A stretch of 45,288 nt of DNA. Origin: Methanotrichaceae archaeon. GTDB lineage: Archaea; Halobacteriota; Methanosarcinia; Methanotrichales; Methanotrichaceae. The first letter of the stretch is position 1. The number at the start of each line of letters is the position of its first letter. Under the pieces are notes generated by a model. The model was given only the letters and a program-made list of their open reading frames with translations, was not told the origin of the DNA and did not search any database. Of this stretch, positions 27,121-37,789 are shown piece by piece. Position numbers and translations under genes: made by a program. The stretch is taken from the NCBI GenBank assembly GCA_963748825.1, contig CAVVKN010000015.1, positions 1 to 45,288 of the forward strand. Direction: 5' to 3'.

Positions 27121-27183
27121 GGAAGCCGACCGGGCGGAAGGCGACGGAGAGGGGCCGCCGGAAAGGCCCGGCCACAGGCGTGA
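27121..27183. repeat. 63-bp GC-rich imperfect palindrome, copy 2
   Basis: Direct repeat of 26636-26698; outer arms CCGGGC / GCCCGG, inner arms GGCGAC / GCCGCC. Confidence 0.85.
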
Positions 27184-27254
27184 TCCGCAGAAGAGACCAG
27201 ATAACCAGAGGTCATCCACTGGAAAACGCGAAGATCCGAAAAAAAGTTTTGGGC

Positions 27255-28701
27255 CTACTTCCTTGCCGACATCTCCAGCACCATAGCTGCCTGTGCTCCT
27301 GCCTCCAGAATCTCCAGGTTCTTGGTAATGAGCTTGGGCTTCTTGGCAAAGGTCACACGGAAGGCGTTCCCATAAGCCTCACGGGGCAGGCCCAGCTTTC
27401 CCGCCTGCATCAAGGCCCCGAACATGGCTGTATTGGCCGCTTGATGAGTGCCCTTCTCTGTGGCAATCTCCGTGGCCGGGACGGATATGGCTTTGACGCC
27501 CTCCGGTGCCTGGAACTGTCCGGCTAGAGAATCGTAGAGAATTAGGCCGCCCTTCTTGACGGAAGGCGCGAACTTCTCCAGAGACGGCCGGTTGAAGGCC
27601 ACCAGAACATCGGGATGATCCACCACTGGCGAGCCGATGGGCTTGCCGGAAATGATCACGGAGCAGTTCGAGGTTCCGCCCCTCTGCTCCGGCCCGTAGT
27701 CCGGATAGTAAGACACATAGCGCCCGCAGCCGAAGCCCGCCTGGGCCAGGGCCAGGCCCATGCTCAGCACTCCCTGTCCTCCGAAGCCGGCTATCTTCAC
27801 GCCCTTGGCCTCAAACTCAGGGTCCTCTGTGAACTGTACGCAAATCCCGCTCTCACAGCCGAAGATCTTGTCCAGGGATTCCAGAGAAAAGTCGCTCTCG
27901 GCCCTGGTGACAGCCTCCGCTTCCGTGGATCTGTCCCGGAATCTCTTTAAGGGAAACTCCTTTTCCATCTGCTCATTGATGAACCTGGTAATGGCCTGCA
28001 CATCCATTCTCAGGATCGTAGGACAGGGCGAGAGCAGCTCCACGAAGGCGTAGCCTTTTTTGTCCCTCTGAATCTCCAGAGCCTTCTTGACCGCCCGGCG
28101 CGCTTTTCTGATATGCTCGATGTCCGAGAGCGATGCCCGCTCGATGAATACCGGCGCTTTTAGCGTATCCAGCAGTTCGCAGATGTGAATGGGATAGCCC
28201 TGCTCGCGTGGATCGCGCCCGTTCGGCGTGGTGGCCGTGACCTCTCCAATCAATGTAGTGGGCGCCATCTGGCCCCCCGTCATGCCGTAGACGCTATTGT
28301 TGACGAAGAATACCGCCAGCTTCTCGCCCCGGTTGGCAGCCTGAATGGTCTCGTTCAGGCCAATGGACCCCAGATCGCCGTCTCCCTGATAGGAGATGAC
28401 GACGGCGTTGTCCTCGGCTCGTGGATATGCCTGTGCCTATGGCCGGAGCCCGGCCATGAGCGGCCTGCACATGGCCGCAGTCAAGATAGTAGTAGGTGAA
28501 GACCGCGCAGCCCACGGGACTGATCACGACGCACCTGTCCTGGATGCCAAGGTCCGCCATAGCCTCGCCAATGAGCTTATGCAAAATACCGTGGCCACAG
28601 CCGGGACAGTAATGGGTGGCAGTGGGAGCACCTCCGCCTTTTCTGGGAAACTGGGCATATATGCCAGGATGCCCACCTATCACCTTCTCTTTAGCCGCCA
28701 T
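27255..28701 (-). pseudogene. vorA: 2-oxoacid (ketoisovalerate-type):ferredoxin oxidoreductase beta+gamma fused subunit, split as assembled by one extra base near 28423
   Basis: YCPGCGHG and HGRA in 28294-28701. Removing one base restores [23 protein letters not shown]...[18 protein letters not shown] (TPP motif), continuous with 27255-28283 (gamma domain [15 protein letters not shown]). Confidence 0.85.
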
Positions 28702-28703
28702 TT

Positions 28704-29747
28704 TTAAGCCACCTCCCTGATCTTCTCTAAGATTGAATCCAGCCGGATCAAATTTCCTCCGTAGCGGCAGACCAGCTCTACCGGCCTGCAGCCACAGGCA
28801 AGGCGAATGTCTTCACGCATCTGTCCGTTGCTCATCTCCACGGAGATGAACTTGCAGCCGCGCTCGGCCAGAGCGCGAACGGCCTTTTCCGGGAACGGGA
28901 AGAGCGTGATGGGCCGGAAGAGACCGGCCTTGATGCCCTCCTTTCGGGCAGCATCCACGGCAGACTTCGCAATCCTGCTGCTGATGCCGTAGGAGACCAG
29001 CACAACGGAGGCATCCTCCAGCCGATAGCCCTCCCAGGCTGCCTCGTTCTCGGTTATGCGCTCATACTTCTCTTGCAACTTGTAGTTGTGCCTCTCCATC
29101 TCATCGAAGTTGAGCATGATTGAGGTTACCAGATTTCCTCTGGTCTCGGCCCGACCGGCCACAGCCCAGGTGGTGTCAATGCTGGGCTTTATGGCCTCTT
29201 CTGGAAATTGCAGAGGCTCAACCATATGCCCCAGCACCCCATCTGCCAAAATCACGACGGGATTTCTGTACTTAAAAGCCAGCTCAAAGCCCTTCCTGGT
29301 AAAGTCGCACATCTCCTGCACGCTTGCCGGCGCCAAAACGATGTTGTGATAGCAGCCATGCCCTCCGCCCTTGCATGTCTGATTGTAGTCCGACTGCTCT
29401 GGGCCGATATTGCCCAGACCCGGCCCTGCCCGGCAGATATCGACAATTACGCAGGGAAGCTCTGCTCCGGCAATGTAGCTAATTCCCTCCTGCTTGAGAC
29501 TCATGCCAGGGCCGGAAGAGGCCGCTAGCACGCGGTGTCCGGCAGCCGCCGCCCCGTAGACCATATTGATTGCCGCCTCTTCCGATTCCGCCTGCACGAA
29601 CTTGCGGTCAACCATTGGGAAATAGCGAGAGGCTTCGTGCAATATCTCGCTGGCGGGAGTGATGGGGTAGCCAAAGAAGCAGTCACAGCCTGCATAAAGA
29701 GCCCCCACGACCACGGCGCTGTTTCCAGCTACTAATTGAGACGCCAT
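28704..29747 (-). CDS. vorB: 2-oxoacid (ketoisovalerate-type):ferredoxin oxidoreductase alpha subunit
   Basis: [28 protein letters not shown] and [15 protein letters not shown]. Confidence 0.88.
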   Translation of the reverse strand: MASQLVAGNSAVVVGALYAGCDCFFGYPITPASEILHEASRYFPMVDRKFVQAESEEAAINMVYGAAAAGHRVLAASSGPGMSLKQEGISYIAGAELPCVIVDICRAGPGLGNIGPEQSDYNQTCKGGGHGCYHNIVLAPASVQEMCDFTRKGFELAFKYRNPVVILADGVLGHMVEPLQFPEEAIKPSIDTTWAVAGRAETRGNLVTSIMLNFDEMERHNYKLQEKYERITENEAAWEGYRLEDASVVLVSYGISSRIAKSAVDAARKEGIKAGLFRPITLFPFPEKAVRALAERGCKFISVEMSNGQMREDIRLACGCRPVELVCRYGGNLIRLDSILEKIREVA

Positions 29748-29749
29748 AT

Positions 29750-31648
29750 TCAGTTCTCCTCTGCTTTCTCTTTCTGGGGCACATGGACCTCAATGGCCAG
29801 CGGCTCAGGACATGTGTAATAGCATGCTGCGCAGCCAATGCAGCCGTCGCCGGAATAGAGCACATAGTGATAGCCTCGGGAATTGAGCTCTTCGCCCATC
29901 TTCAGTACATTCGCTGGGCAAGCCTCAATACACCGCTCGCAGGCTTTGCATTCCAGGGTATTTATGAGTGGATAGGGCTTGTCTTTATCCCTTATCTCCA
30001 CCCGCCGGATCTTTCCGCTTATGGTCTTGGGCAGCTCCTCTACGAACTCGATGATTCTCGGGTACTTGTAGGGTGCAGTGACCTTCTTCACGTGGTCTTG
30101 CAGCTCCTTTTTCAGCTCCTCGGAAGCGGCATATCCTTTGGTCAGGACCACGGTTGCCTTTACCACCTGTCCCCTAATGGTGTCAGGCACTCCGGTAATG
30201 GCCACCTCCATTACAGCAGGATGAGACATGAGGGCGCTTTCCACCTCGAAGGGCCCTACCCGGTAGCCGGAGCTCTTGATCATGTCATCCGTGCGGCCTA
30301 TGAACCAGAAGAATCCGTCCTCGTCTTGCCAGGCAGTGTCTCCGGTATGGTAGTAATCATCATGCCAGGTGCTCTTGGTCTTGTCCGGATCGGAATGGTA
30401 ATCTGTGAAAAGGCCGACGGGCTTTCCCTTGTCCGTCTTGATTACAATTTCGCCCTCTTCGCCCACCTCGCATAATTTGTCGTTCTTGCCCACCAGCACG
30501 ATATCGAATCCCGGTGCAGGCTTTCCCATGGAGCCGGGCTTGGGATTCATCCAGGGATAGTTGGCAATGCAGACCACAGTCTCAGTCTGGCCAAATCCTT
30601 CCATGAGCCGCAGGCCCGTGGTCTCCAGGAAGCTCTCATACACAGATGCATTGAGCGGCTCTCCTGCGGTGACCGCATATTTGAGCTTGGAAAAGTCGTA
30701 CCTGGACATGTCGCTCTTGATCATGAACCTGAAGATGGTCGGCGGAGCGCAGAAGGTGGTCACTCCATACTTGCCCATCTCGTCCATCATCTTTCCTGCG
30801 TCAAATCGATCATAATCGTAGACAAAGACCGCTGAGCCGGCCAGCCATTGGCCATAGATCTTGCCCCAGGCGCACTTGGCCCATCCCGTATCCGCCACGG
30901 TGTAATGAAGCCCATCGTCCTCCACATTCTGCCAGTACTTGGCAGTGAGGATATGGCCCAGGGGATAGGTCTGATCGTGTTTGACTAATTTTGGGTATCC
31001 TGTCGTTCCTGAGGTGAAGTATCCCAGGAGAATGTCCTGATTTTTTGTTGCCTGCTCTCCTGTCGGGCGGGCGAAATTTGCCGAGGCCTCCTCCAGCTCC
31101 TTATTGAAATTGATCCAGCCCTCACGCTTCTGGTCAGCACTTCCTACGAGGGCTTTGACCAGGGAAATATTGCCCAGATCCTTGTGAGCGGCATCAAACT
31201 CTGCAGGCACCCCGTTCTCTGCTATGCAAATGATCATCTTCAGATCGGCCTTCTTAATGCGATAGACGAAGTCCTTGGCCTTGAGCATATGTGTGGAAGG
31301 AATGGAGATGGCCCCTATCTTGTTTAAGCCCACCATGCAGACCCAGAACTCCCAGCGGCTCTTGAGGGTTAGCATGACCGTATCCCCTTTCTGCAGTCCA
31401 TATTTAGAAAAGAGACTGGCGGCCCGATCACTCATGGTCTTCAGGTCTTTGAAGGTGATGATCTTTTCCTCTCCTTGATCATTGCACCAGACCAGGGCGC
31501 GCTTATCAGGATTTTCTGCTGCATAGGCATCAACTACATCGTAAGCAAAATTGAAGTTCTCGGGAACCAGGATCTTCAGATTTTCTTTAAAATCCTCGTA
31601 TGATTTGTAATCGACCCGAGAGACGAACCTGGACAATAATGACGACAT
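29750..31648 (-). CDS. AMP-forming acyl-CoA synthetase fused to a C-terminal 2x[4Fe-4S] ferredoxin (VorC/delta-like)
   Basis: [27 protein letters not shown] and PKTISGKI, then PYPLIN...[12 protein letters not shown]...[14 protein letters not shown]. Confidence 0.88.
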   Translation of the reverse strand: MSSLLSRFVSRVDYKSYEDFKENLKILVPENFNFAYDVVDAYAAENPDKRALVWCNDQGEEKIITFKDLKTMSDRAASLFSKYGLQKGDTVMLTLKSRWEFWVCMVGLNKIGAISIPSTHMLKAKDFVYRIKKADLKMIICIAENGVPAEFDAAHKDLGNISLVKALVGSADQKREGWINFNKELEEASANFARPTGEQATKNQDILLGYFTSGTTGYPKLVKHDQTYPLGHILTAKYWQNVEDDGLHYTVADTGWAKCAWGKIYGQWLAGSAVFVYDYDRFDAGKMMDEMGKYGVTTFCAPPTIFRFMIKSDMSRYDFSKLKYAVTAGEPLNASVYESFLETTGLRLMEGFGQTETVVCIANYPWMNPKPGSMGKPAPGFDIVLVGKNDKLCEVGEEGEIVIKTDKGKPVGLFTDYHSDPDKTKSTWHDDYYHTGDTAWQDEDGFFWFIGRTDDMIKSSGYRVGPFEVESALMSHPAVMEVAITGVPDTIRGQVVKATVVLTKGYAASEELKKELQDHVKKVTAPYKYPRIIEFVEELPKTISGKIRRVEIRDKDKPYPLINTLECKACERCIEACPANVLKMGEELNSRGYHYVLYSGDGCIGCAACYYTCPEPLAIEVHVPQKEKAEEN

Positions 31649-31670
31649 TTTTCCTTTCCTCTCTCTTCTC

Positions 31671-32225
31671 CTACATGACCACAGCCAGCAGCTTCACCGG
31701 CTTGTCGTTTAAGGCTTCCATATAGTGATCATAAGACGAATCGAAGAATATGGAGTCTCCAACGTTTAGCACCACATCGTTGTCATGAATAGTGATCTTT
31801 AGTGATCCCTCGAGCACATATTCAAACTCCTGGCCCGGATGACTGTAGAATGATGGGCTGCCTTTCCTGGGATCGATGGTGACTATAAATGGCTCAGCCT
31901 TTTTATGAGCGAACTTTCTGGCCAGGCTCTGGTAGCGGTATTGCTTTCTGCGCTCCACTTCCACCGCCTCGCCCTTTCGAGTAATGGTGAAGATGCTCAT
32001 CTTGGACTCTTCGCCTGTGAGCAGCAGACCTGTATCTACATTGAGTTTTCGTGCAATGCCGATGAGAATGCTGGCCGGAATGTCCAGCTTTCCTTCTTCA
32101 TAGCAGTTGTATGTCACCACAGGCACATTAAGGTGCCCTGCCATCTCTTCGGACGATACCAGATTCAACTCCCTTAGCTCACGAAGACGTGAGCCGATTT
32201 CATCAAGCGTCTCCTTCATGCTCAT
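31671..32225 (-). CDS. XRE-family HTH + cupin transcriptional regulator
   Basis: [13 protein letters not shown]; cupin motif [12 protein letters not shown]...GDSIFFDS...H. Start at 32225 or 32219. Confidence 0.88.
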   Translation of the reverse strand: MSMKETLDEIGSRLRELRELNLVSSEEMAGHLNVPVVTYNCYEEGKLDIPASILIGIARKLNVDTGLLLTGEESKMSIFTITRKGEAVEVERRKQYRYQSLARKFAHKKAEPFIVTIDPRKGSPSFYSHPGQEFEYVLEGSLKITIHDNDVVLNVGDSIFFDSSYDHYMEALNDKPVKLLAVVM

Positions 32226-32646
32226 TCCCCAGCACATCCCAGATCGGGGGTCAGTTTAAGACCCGGGCCATAGGCAATGCAGGATTGTGACTGCCTCATA
32301 TGCATATTTTAATCTATCTCTGAAAACGGTTTATTTGAATCATTTCCATTCTTTAGGTCTCATTAGGCGAAGTATTTTGACAAAAAACCTTCATAATTAA
32401 TTATTGAAGATGCACATTCTGAGAAATATGGTAGATAAGTTGATAGACTTGAAGATTTTGCGCAGATGAGCAAATAATATCCATTTAATACATAATTTTT
32501 TGAGGATTCATGAAGTAGCACATTTTTTTTGGCTTCGCGGCAAATCATATAAAATTGGAATCCCACCCCTTTGGGCAGGATGATCGATCTTGAATAGTTG
32601 ATAGAGACTTCTTGGCAGCCAAAGGTATCATTTTAGTCATTTCGTC

Positions 32647-33027
32647 TCAAGCAGTCCAATCATCTTCATCCAGCCAGCTCTGAGATTTCGCTTTGGAACT
32701 TGAAGACACCCTTATTTTAGACTGACTGCTCATTAACTTGGGTGCGGTTCGCCTGCTGATTCTTCCCCGCATCATATTGTAAGCTATCTCGGGATCAATG
32801 TTGTACATTTCCAGGTATGCATCATGGGACAGATGCTCCCCCAGAGCGGAGACATATATCGGTTGACCGGTGACGGGCGTTATCTTGCCTGCAGGCAAAA
32901 TCCATTCGAAGCCTTCGGGAAGAGTACACTGCAGCCATTGTTCATCATCATCCTCGGCAAGAGCTTCCGGGCTGACCAGATTTACGACTCCGCAGCTTTT
33001 ACAGATCATTTTTTTCATACTACTCAC
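32647..33027 (-). CDS. Hypothetical protein (N-terminal CxxC, third Cys downstream)
   Basis: 126-aa ORF in an AT-rich interval, with a GAAGGTGA SD-like sequence at the start. Confidence 0.6.
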   Translation of the reverse strand: MSSMKKMICKSCGVVNLVSPEALAEDDDEQWLQCTLPEGFEWILPAGKITPVTGQPIYVSALGEHLSHDAYLEMYNIDPEIAYNMMRGRISRRTAPKLMSSQSKIRVSSSSKAKSQSWLDEDDWTA

Positions 33028-33293
33028 CTTCAGTTAGATAGCTAAGTCTATAACAATATATATAATTTACTTAACAAATAAATTAATTGAAGCTGCATCA
33101 TTTTTTATATAGGAATACTGATTATTATATTATTGAGCTGAAATGATCGAGAATGCTAAGATCAATTGCCCCCAACATATATGCAGGACTTGCGTCCAAT
33201 ATTATTAGTATGAGATGCACCCATAAATCTTCAATAACAATCATCCTCAGGCCACTACCTGAGGCTGACTTTGCTAAAAGCAGGTGTTTGTAA

Positions 33294-33923
33294 ATGAGAT
33301 CAAAGAATCTACTTCTCGGTTTAGTGGCACTGGCTTGCCTTCTGGTTCAAGCATGTGCGACGGAAGATAGCCAGGAACTGATTGATCAAAATAAAGTGGA
33401 TCAAATGAATACACAGATCCTGGGAGAGAAAAAAACAGATACAGGCAGCTATAAGGGTCAGCCCTGGGCAACCTCATCGCTTAATGATTCCAATCAGAAA
33501 ACAACTTCGGTAGAATCCATATCTGCTGTCCAGGTCACTTCAGGATTAGGCCAGTCATCCAACTACATGGTCAAGACCGATTCCTTCCTTAAGGAGGCAA
33601 CGTACAATGGCTTCTATGTCCTGAGCGTTGCGGAATTCCTTAATAAAACCAGCGCAGATAAGAACTGGGCCATTGTGGACGTCAGGCCGGCACTGCTTTA
33701 CGCTACCGGCCACATTCCGGGAGCGATAAACATCCCCTTGTCAGATCTGATATCTCAGATGGGCATGATTCCCGCCGGCCAGAAGGTTGCCGTCTACTGC
33801 GCGATTGATACCAACGCCGCATTTGCCGTTCAGACGCTGAGGGTCTATGGTGATCGCGATGCATTTGTCCTCTTGGGCGGAATTGTTACCTGGCAGGCGG
33901 CAGGCAAGCCATTAGTCACTTAG
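33294..33923 (+). CDS. Exported rhodanese-like domain protein
   Basis: Signal peptide; IVDVRP...YATGHIPGAINIP, active-site loop YCAIDTN and LLGGI..W. Confidence 0.85.
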   Translation: MRSKNLLLGLVALACLLVQACATEDSQELIDQNKVDQMNTQILGEKKTDTGSYKGQPWATSSLNDSNQKTTSVESISAVQVTSGLGQSSNYMVKTDSFLKEATYNGFYVLSVAEFLNKTSADKNWAIVDVRPALLYATGHIPGAINIPLSDLISQMGMIPAGQKVAVYCAIDTNAAFAVQTLRVYGDRDAFVLLGGIVTWQAAGKPLVT

Positions 33924-34028
33924 GTGGATAAGAGTAATTCTAAAGCATTCCCGGATGATTGGGTTTATCACTCAATAATTTTTTCTCGATCGTAAAAGTT
34001 ATAAACTTTAAAAAATATCTGATTATGT

Positions 34029-35150
34029 ATGAAGGACTTTGCAGGGTCGAGCATTACCTACTACGGTCTGGCTCGCGAAAAATTGATGAGTAGATATCCC
34101 AGGCTGATTAGCGTTCTCGTGATACTGGCTTTGATCTGCATGACCGGCCTGGCCATGTTTCTCATATCCGATCTCGTCTCTTTTGCCTCGAATCCGGATC
34201 ATAAGGGCGTTCTAGTCGGCCTTGATCTCAAGGGCCCGGAAAACGGCATCGTACCCATGACGGACGGTAAGGAGAAGAGCGGAAATATTAGCGCGAATTC
34301 TTCCCAGTCTTTGGAGAACTTGAGCCGTCAAACCAAGGAACAAAACTTTGCCAACCTATCGCAAATGAATGCATCGCTGCCATCCAGTCAGGCTGCAAAA
34401 GGAGTCGTTGCTGCAAGCAAATCATCGAGCAGCAGCTCCGGGAATTCTGTCGATGAAAAGATGGGCAACTCTCCTGCTATAAAACATCATAGTTCATCCT
34501 CGTCGTCTTCCTCCTCGTCGTCTTCTGCAAAGTCGGCAAAAAAAAGCAACGACAAGAACAACCTGACAAATGAGACGGCAAAGATCACTGCGCCAACAAA
34601 TCAATCGATGAACAATTCTCAAGGAAAAGAATCGGTATTTGCAAATGCTACCAGCATTGTGGATCTTCCACCTGTGATTGATGCTGCAAAGAGCCTGACC
34701 GCTAACGACAACAATAGATCCAATGACTCCGTAGTCGAGCCCACCGCGATTCTTGCATCCTTGCCATCAGTTGCCGCCAGCAGTATCATCAATCCAGCCA
34801 GGGACACCTCTGCAAGAGAGCCAGATTCAATAATTAAGTTCAAGACGGTCTCTCCTTCCAGCCAGAAATCTGAACAAGGCCTGAATACGGATAGCGGAAT
34901 AAATACCGATGGTGCGACCGTCTCAGATAATGGTAACAAAGCGCAGAGCTCAAAAGATGCAAAGAAAAAATCCAGCTCAAAGGCCATAGGAAAGAAGAGC
35001 GCTTCTTCGCAAAAGAGCAAAGTGACTGCCTCCAGCCAAACCTATAATGCAGAAAAAGCCAGAGCTAAGCAGATAGCCAATAAAAATCGGATGGCAGAGA
35101 GCCTGAAGAAGAAAGCGGCACAATTAAAGACTAAAGCCGCAAAAAATTAG
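34029..35150 (+). CDS. Membrane-anchored Ser/Lys/Asn-rich low-complexity protein
   Basis: Single N-terminal TM, poly-Ser tracts, many NxS/T sequons and a Lys-rich tail. Start may be the ATG at 34086. Confidence 0.65.
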   Translation: MKDFAGSSITYYGLAREKLMSRYPRLISVLVILALICMTGLAMFLISDLVSFASNPDHKGVLVGLDLKGPENGIVPMTDGKEKSGNISANSSQSLENLSRQTKEQNFANLSQMNASLPSSQAAKGVVAASKSSSSSSGNSVDEKMGNSPAIKHHSSSSSSSSSSSSAKSAKKSNDKNNLTNETAKITAPTNQSMNNSQGKESVFANATSIVDLPPVIDAAKSLTANDNNRSNDSVVEPTAILASLPSVAASSIINPARDTSAREPDSIIKFKTVSPSSQKSEQGLNTDSGINTDGATVSDNGNKAQSSKDAKKKSSSKAIGKKSASSQKSKVTASSQTYNAEKARAKQIANKNRMAESLKKKAAQLKTKAAKN

Positions 35151-35190
35151 CCAAGCGAGATCAATCTCTGCAAAGAATGGATTTCGGCGT

Positions 35191-35658
35191 TTATTGCTTG
35201 GAGATCCTCATGATGCATCCGTCTTCGGTATGCTCTACATCGAGCTTCATCTTCAGGTCAGAGAAGACCTTCTGCCAGTGGCTTTCCACACAGGTCTTGC
35301 AGTGCTCCTTGGCGATCAGGCTGGCCCCCACGCGAGCAAAGGATTTGGCGCCTTCCATCAAGCCGCAACGACTGCGTTTGATCTCCACAAAGCCGTCTTT
35401 CTCCGTAACCTCTACCACGCTTCCGAAGAGGTTCTTGTCGTTAGTTGCCATGGCCAGGGCCACATCTTCAGGCTTCTCCAGGCCCAATTGCTTGAAGGTG
35501 GCCGCCACCTGGTGGGCGCCGATGCCCTGAAACTCGCGCAGACCCTTTTTGCCGAGCTTGCGAGCCACATAGCCGCTGCTGCCGTAGAAGCTGCCCATCC
35601 ACATGGCCACCACACGCTGCTGGATTTGCTCCAGGGGAATATCAGGGATGTCTGTCAT
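35191..35658 (-). CDS. Hypothetical protein, V4R/ATC-hydrolase-like small-ligand-binding fold possible
   Basis: Helical N-terminus followed by a RCGL...HCKTC...GCIM Cys pattern. Confidence 0.6.
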   Translation of the reverse strand: MTDIPDIPLEQIQQRVVAMWMGSFYGSSGYVARKLGKKGLREFQGIGAHQVAATFKQLGLEKPEDVALAMATNDKNLFGSVVEVTEKDGFVEIKRSRCGLMEGAKSFARVGASLIAKEHCKTCVESHWQKVFSDLKMKLDVEHTEDGCIMRISKQ

Positions 35659-35719
35659 GCCATTTTAGCTTCGCAGGAGAGCATTATAATACTTTTGTGT
35701 CCAAATCGAGCCTGGCTTT

Positions 35720-36538
35720 TCAAGTGAGCCCATATTCTACAAGGATTTTATCGAGAAAGGCAGCGATTCCGCCAGGATAATAGATCTCCAGGGCATCAAG
35801 CTCCCCCATGTTCTTGGGATCAAGAGCAAATGACTTAAGGTATTTTTTAAAATCTTCTTTATTCTCTTTGGCCTTGCTATTTGCTCGGATCATGGGAATC
35901 TTCAGCTCTAAGATCTGCTCGGGCAATAGACCGATGCTTTTCACATTTATCTCAACTTCGCTTGTCTTGGTCCGGGATTTTTCGATATCTTCTGCCAGAT
36001 CTCGGGCGAAAAATGCGTTTCTTTGGCTCAGATCGGATAGGCAGAGAATTGTAGTAGGACAATTGCAGCGCTGGCAAAGGTCAGCGATTGCCTCCTGAGA
36101 AGGCCTGCCGTCGACCAAGACCAGTGCTATCCCGTGCATCTCGCAGACCGGGTACAACAGCGGGCTTGCTGCAGACTTATTCAGCCAAACCTCTATGCAC
36201 TTGGTCTCGGCATTGCTTGCTTTCGGCAAGAAGATGTGCTCGCCAGCTATCTCTTCCAGGATGGCATTAGCGGGAATGAATCCAAGTGTTTTTGCTTTGT
36301 TCATCCATTTGGCCAGCTTCTCTCCATCATTCTCGTGATAGGGCCTGGTGATCCGAATCTCACCCACAAATCCTCCACAGATAGGATAGTCAGAGGCAGC
36401 TCTTTGCAGCGCGAAATAGAAGAGCCCTCTCAGCGTGGTCCTTGATCTTCCAGTCTCCAGAACAAAATCATGATAGACCTTTGCTACCCATTTGGACTTT
36501 GTTCTATCCGTCTCAGTGAATGCAAATGCCTCTGTCAT
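35720..36538 (-). CDS. Topo VI-A/Spo11-like WH + Toprim protein with degenerate acidic motifs
   Basis: TTLRGLFY, IEVWLNKS, LCLSDL, IGLLPEQI..L.IP and ELDAL. Confidence 0.6.
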   Translation of the reverse strand: MTEAFAFTETDRTKSKWVAKVYHDFVLETGRSRTTLRGLFYFALQRAASDYPICGGFVGEIRITRPYHENDGEKLAKWMNKAKTLGFIPANAILEEIAGEHIFLPKASNAETKCIEVWLNKSAASPLLYPVCEMHGIALVLVDGRPSQEAIADLCQRCNCPTTILCLSDLSQRNAFFARDLAEDIEKSRTKTSEVEINVKSIGLLPEQILELKIPMIRANSKAKENKEDFKKYLKSFALDPKNMGELDALEIYYPGGIAAFLDKILVEYGLT

Positions 36539-36604
36539 ATCTGTATTTCCCTGTTGAGCCTATGTACTATAGAAACTGGTATTAATGGTAGATCGTTTCG
36601 ATCC

Positions 36605-36982
36605 TTACATCACCTCGATCAAGACGCTTCCCTGGGCGGAGCTGCCGGCCGCATCAGTGACCTTCAAGATGATCACATGGCCGCCTTTGCTCAGCCGGGA
36701 GGGATTTTGCATAAATTTGCGGCTGGTCGAGAGCTCACCGTCGATGTTTGAACTCCAGCGATAGCTGAGCGGTGTCTTGTCTTTGCTGACAACGGCATCA
36801 AAGCTGAAGTCTTTGTTTCCCTGCAAAATCTCTCCCGATTTGGGCGAAATTATGGTCACGGTTAACTTTTCTGGACTTTTCTCCCCAGAATTCGTGTCGC
36901 TCTGGGCAAAGTTATCTTTCTGCTCCAGGCACCCAGCAGAGAAGAGAACAAGACATAATGCAATTAAGAATACCCATTTCAT
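36605..36982 (-). CDS. Lipoprotein with PKD/Ig-like domain
   Basis: Lipobox LFSAGC; VTIISP...YRWSSNIDGEL...GGHVIILKVTD. Confidence 0.75.
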   Translation of the reverse strand: MKWVFLIALCLVLFSAGCLEQKDNFAQSDTNSGEKSPEKLTVTIISPKSGEILQGNKDFSFDAVVSKDKTPLSYRWSSNIDGELSTSRKFMQNPSRLSKGGHVIILKVTDAAGSSAQGSVLIEVM

Positions 36983-37153
36983 GCAGGCTTAGAGAATCTT
37001 CAGGAATATATTTCATTCTCTTGTTTCTAGAAATACTAAAAAACCTTCTTTAAAAAGCAAAGCTAGCTGCTACCAAAAAACTCTAACCGCGCCCTTCAAG
37101 CTTTGCCGCAAGAAAGGCGCAGGAGAATTGCCATTAAATTTGGCGTGTGAGAC

Positions 37154-37789
37154 TTAAGATTGGGCTGCCGGAGCTTCCGGTACTGGAGACGGTGCTGCTG
37201 TTGCCATGGTCGGCTCGGACTTGATCTCTGTCTTGCGCACTTCCACGCGCCTGAGGGGATAGATAGCCTTGGCCTCTTTGTAGATATCCAATGAGATCTT
37301 GCCACCTACAGCTTCCTGGATCAACTGGTTTAAGTCCAGACTCTTCGACCTCTCTAAGACGACCCTCTTGGAGAGCTCTCTGATGCTCTTGACCTGATTG
37401 GCCCGCGCCCTCTTCACTGTGAAGCAGCTGGGCTTGACCCGGACATGGTAGCCGTCCGTGGTGATTACGTCCACAATGGCATCGATTCTTGATGTCCTTC
37501 TCTTGACAAGGGATCGCACATAATCCGTGGTCATCTCATGGCCCAGGAACTTAGTGTATGCCGAATCTCCTGCCACACGATCTACTTTAAACTTGAGCTT
37601 GGTGTTCTGCTTAGAGAAATTGTTGGTGAGGTCTCCCAGGGTGGTCTCGACGATCCTTCCCACGATCCTCTCCGGATCGTTGGCGATCGTCTCGCCAAAG
37701 GGAACTCTGCCGAACATCTCCGGACTTACAACCTTATACCATTGCTTGGCCTTTCTGCTCTCAGCCTTTCTTTGTGATCTTCTTGCCAA
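37154..37789 (-). CDS. rps3ae: 30S ribosomal protein S3Ae (eS1)
   Basis: KQWYKVVSPEMFG, GRIVETTLGDL, DYVRSLVKRRTSRID and IYPLRRVEVRK; TTG start with GAGG SD. Confidence 0.95.
   Translation of the reverse strand: MARRSQRKAESRKAKQWYKVVSPEMFGRVPFGETIANDPERIVGRIVETTLGDLTNNFSKQNTKLKFKVDRVAGDSAYTKFLGHEMTTDYVRSLVKRRTSRIDAIVDVITTDGYHVRVKPSCFTVKRARANQVKSIRELSKRVVLERSKSLDLNQLIQEAVGGKISLDIYKEAKAIYPLRRVEVRKTEIKSEPTMATAAPSPVPEAPAAQS

Noticed and set aside
26636-27183. CRISPR array or canonical integron attC array
   Set aside because: Only two 63-bp copies 485 bp apart, no cas or intact intI gene, and no RYYYAAC/GTTRRRY boxes. Kept only as a non-canonical repeat finding.
32246-32266. GGGTC-N7-GACCC hairpin upstream of the XRE-cupin gene as a riboswitch
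   Set aside because: Only a 5-bp stem with no recognisable riboswitch consensus; it could be an operator, but the evidence is too weak.
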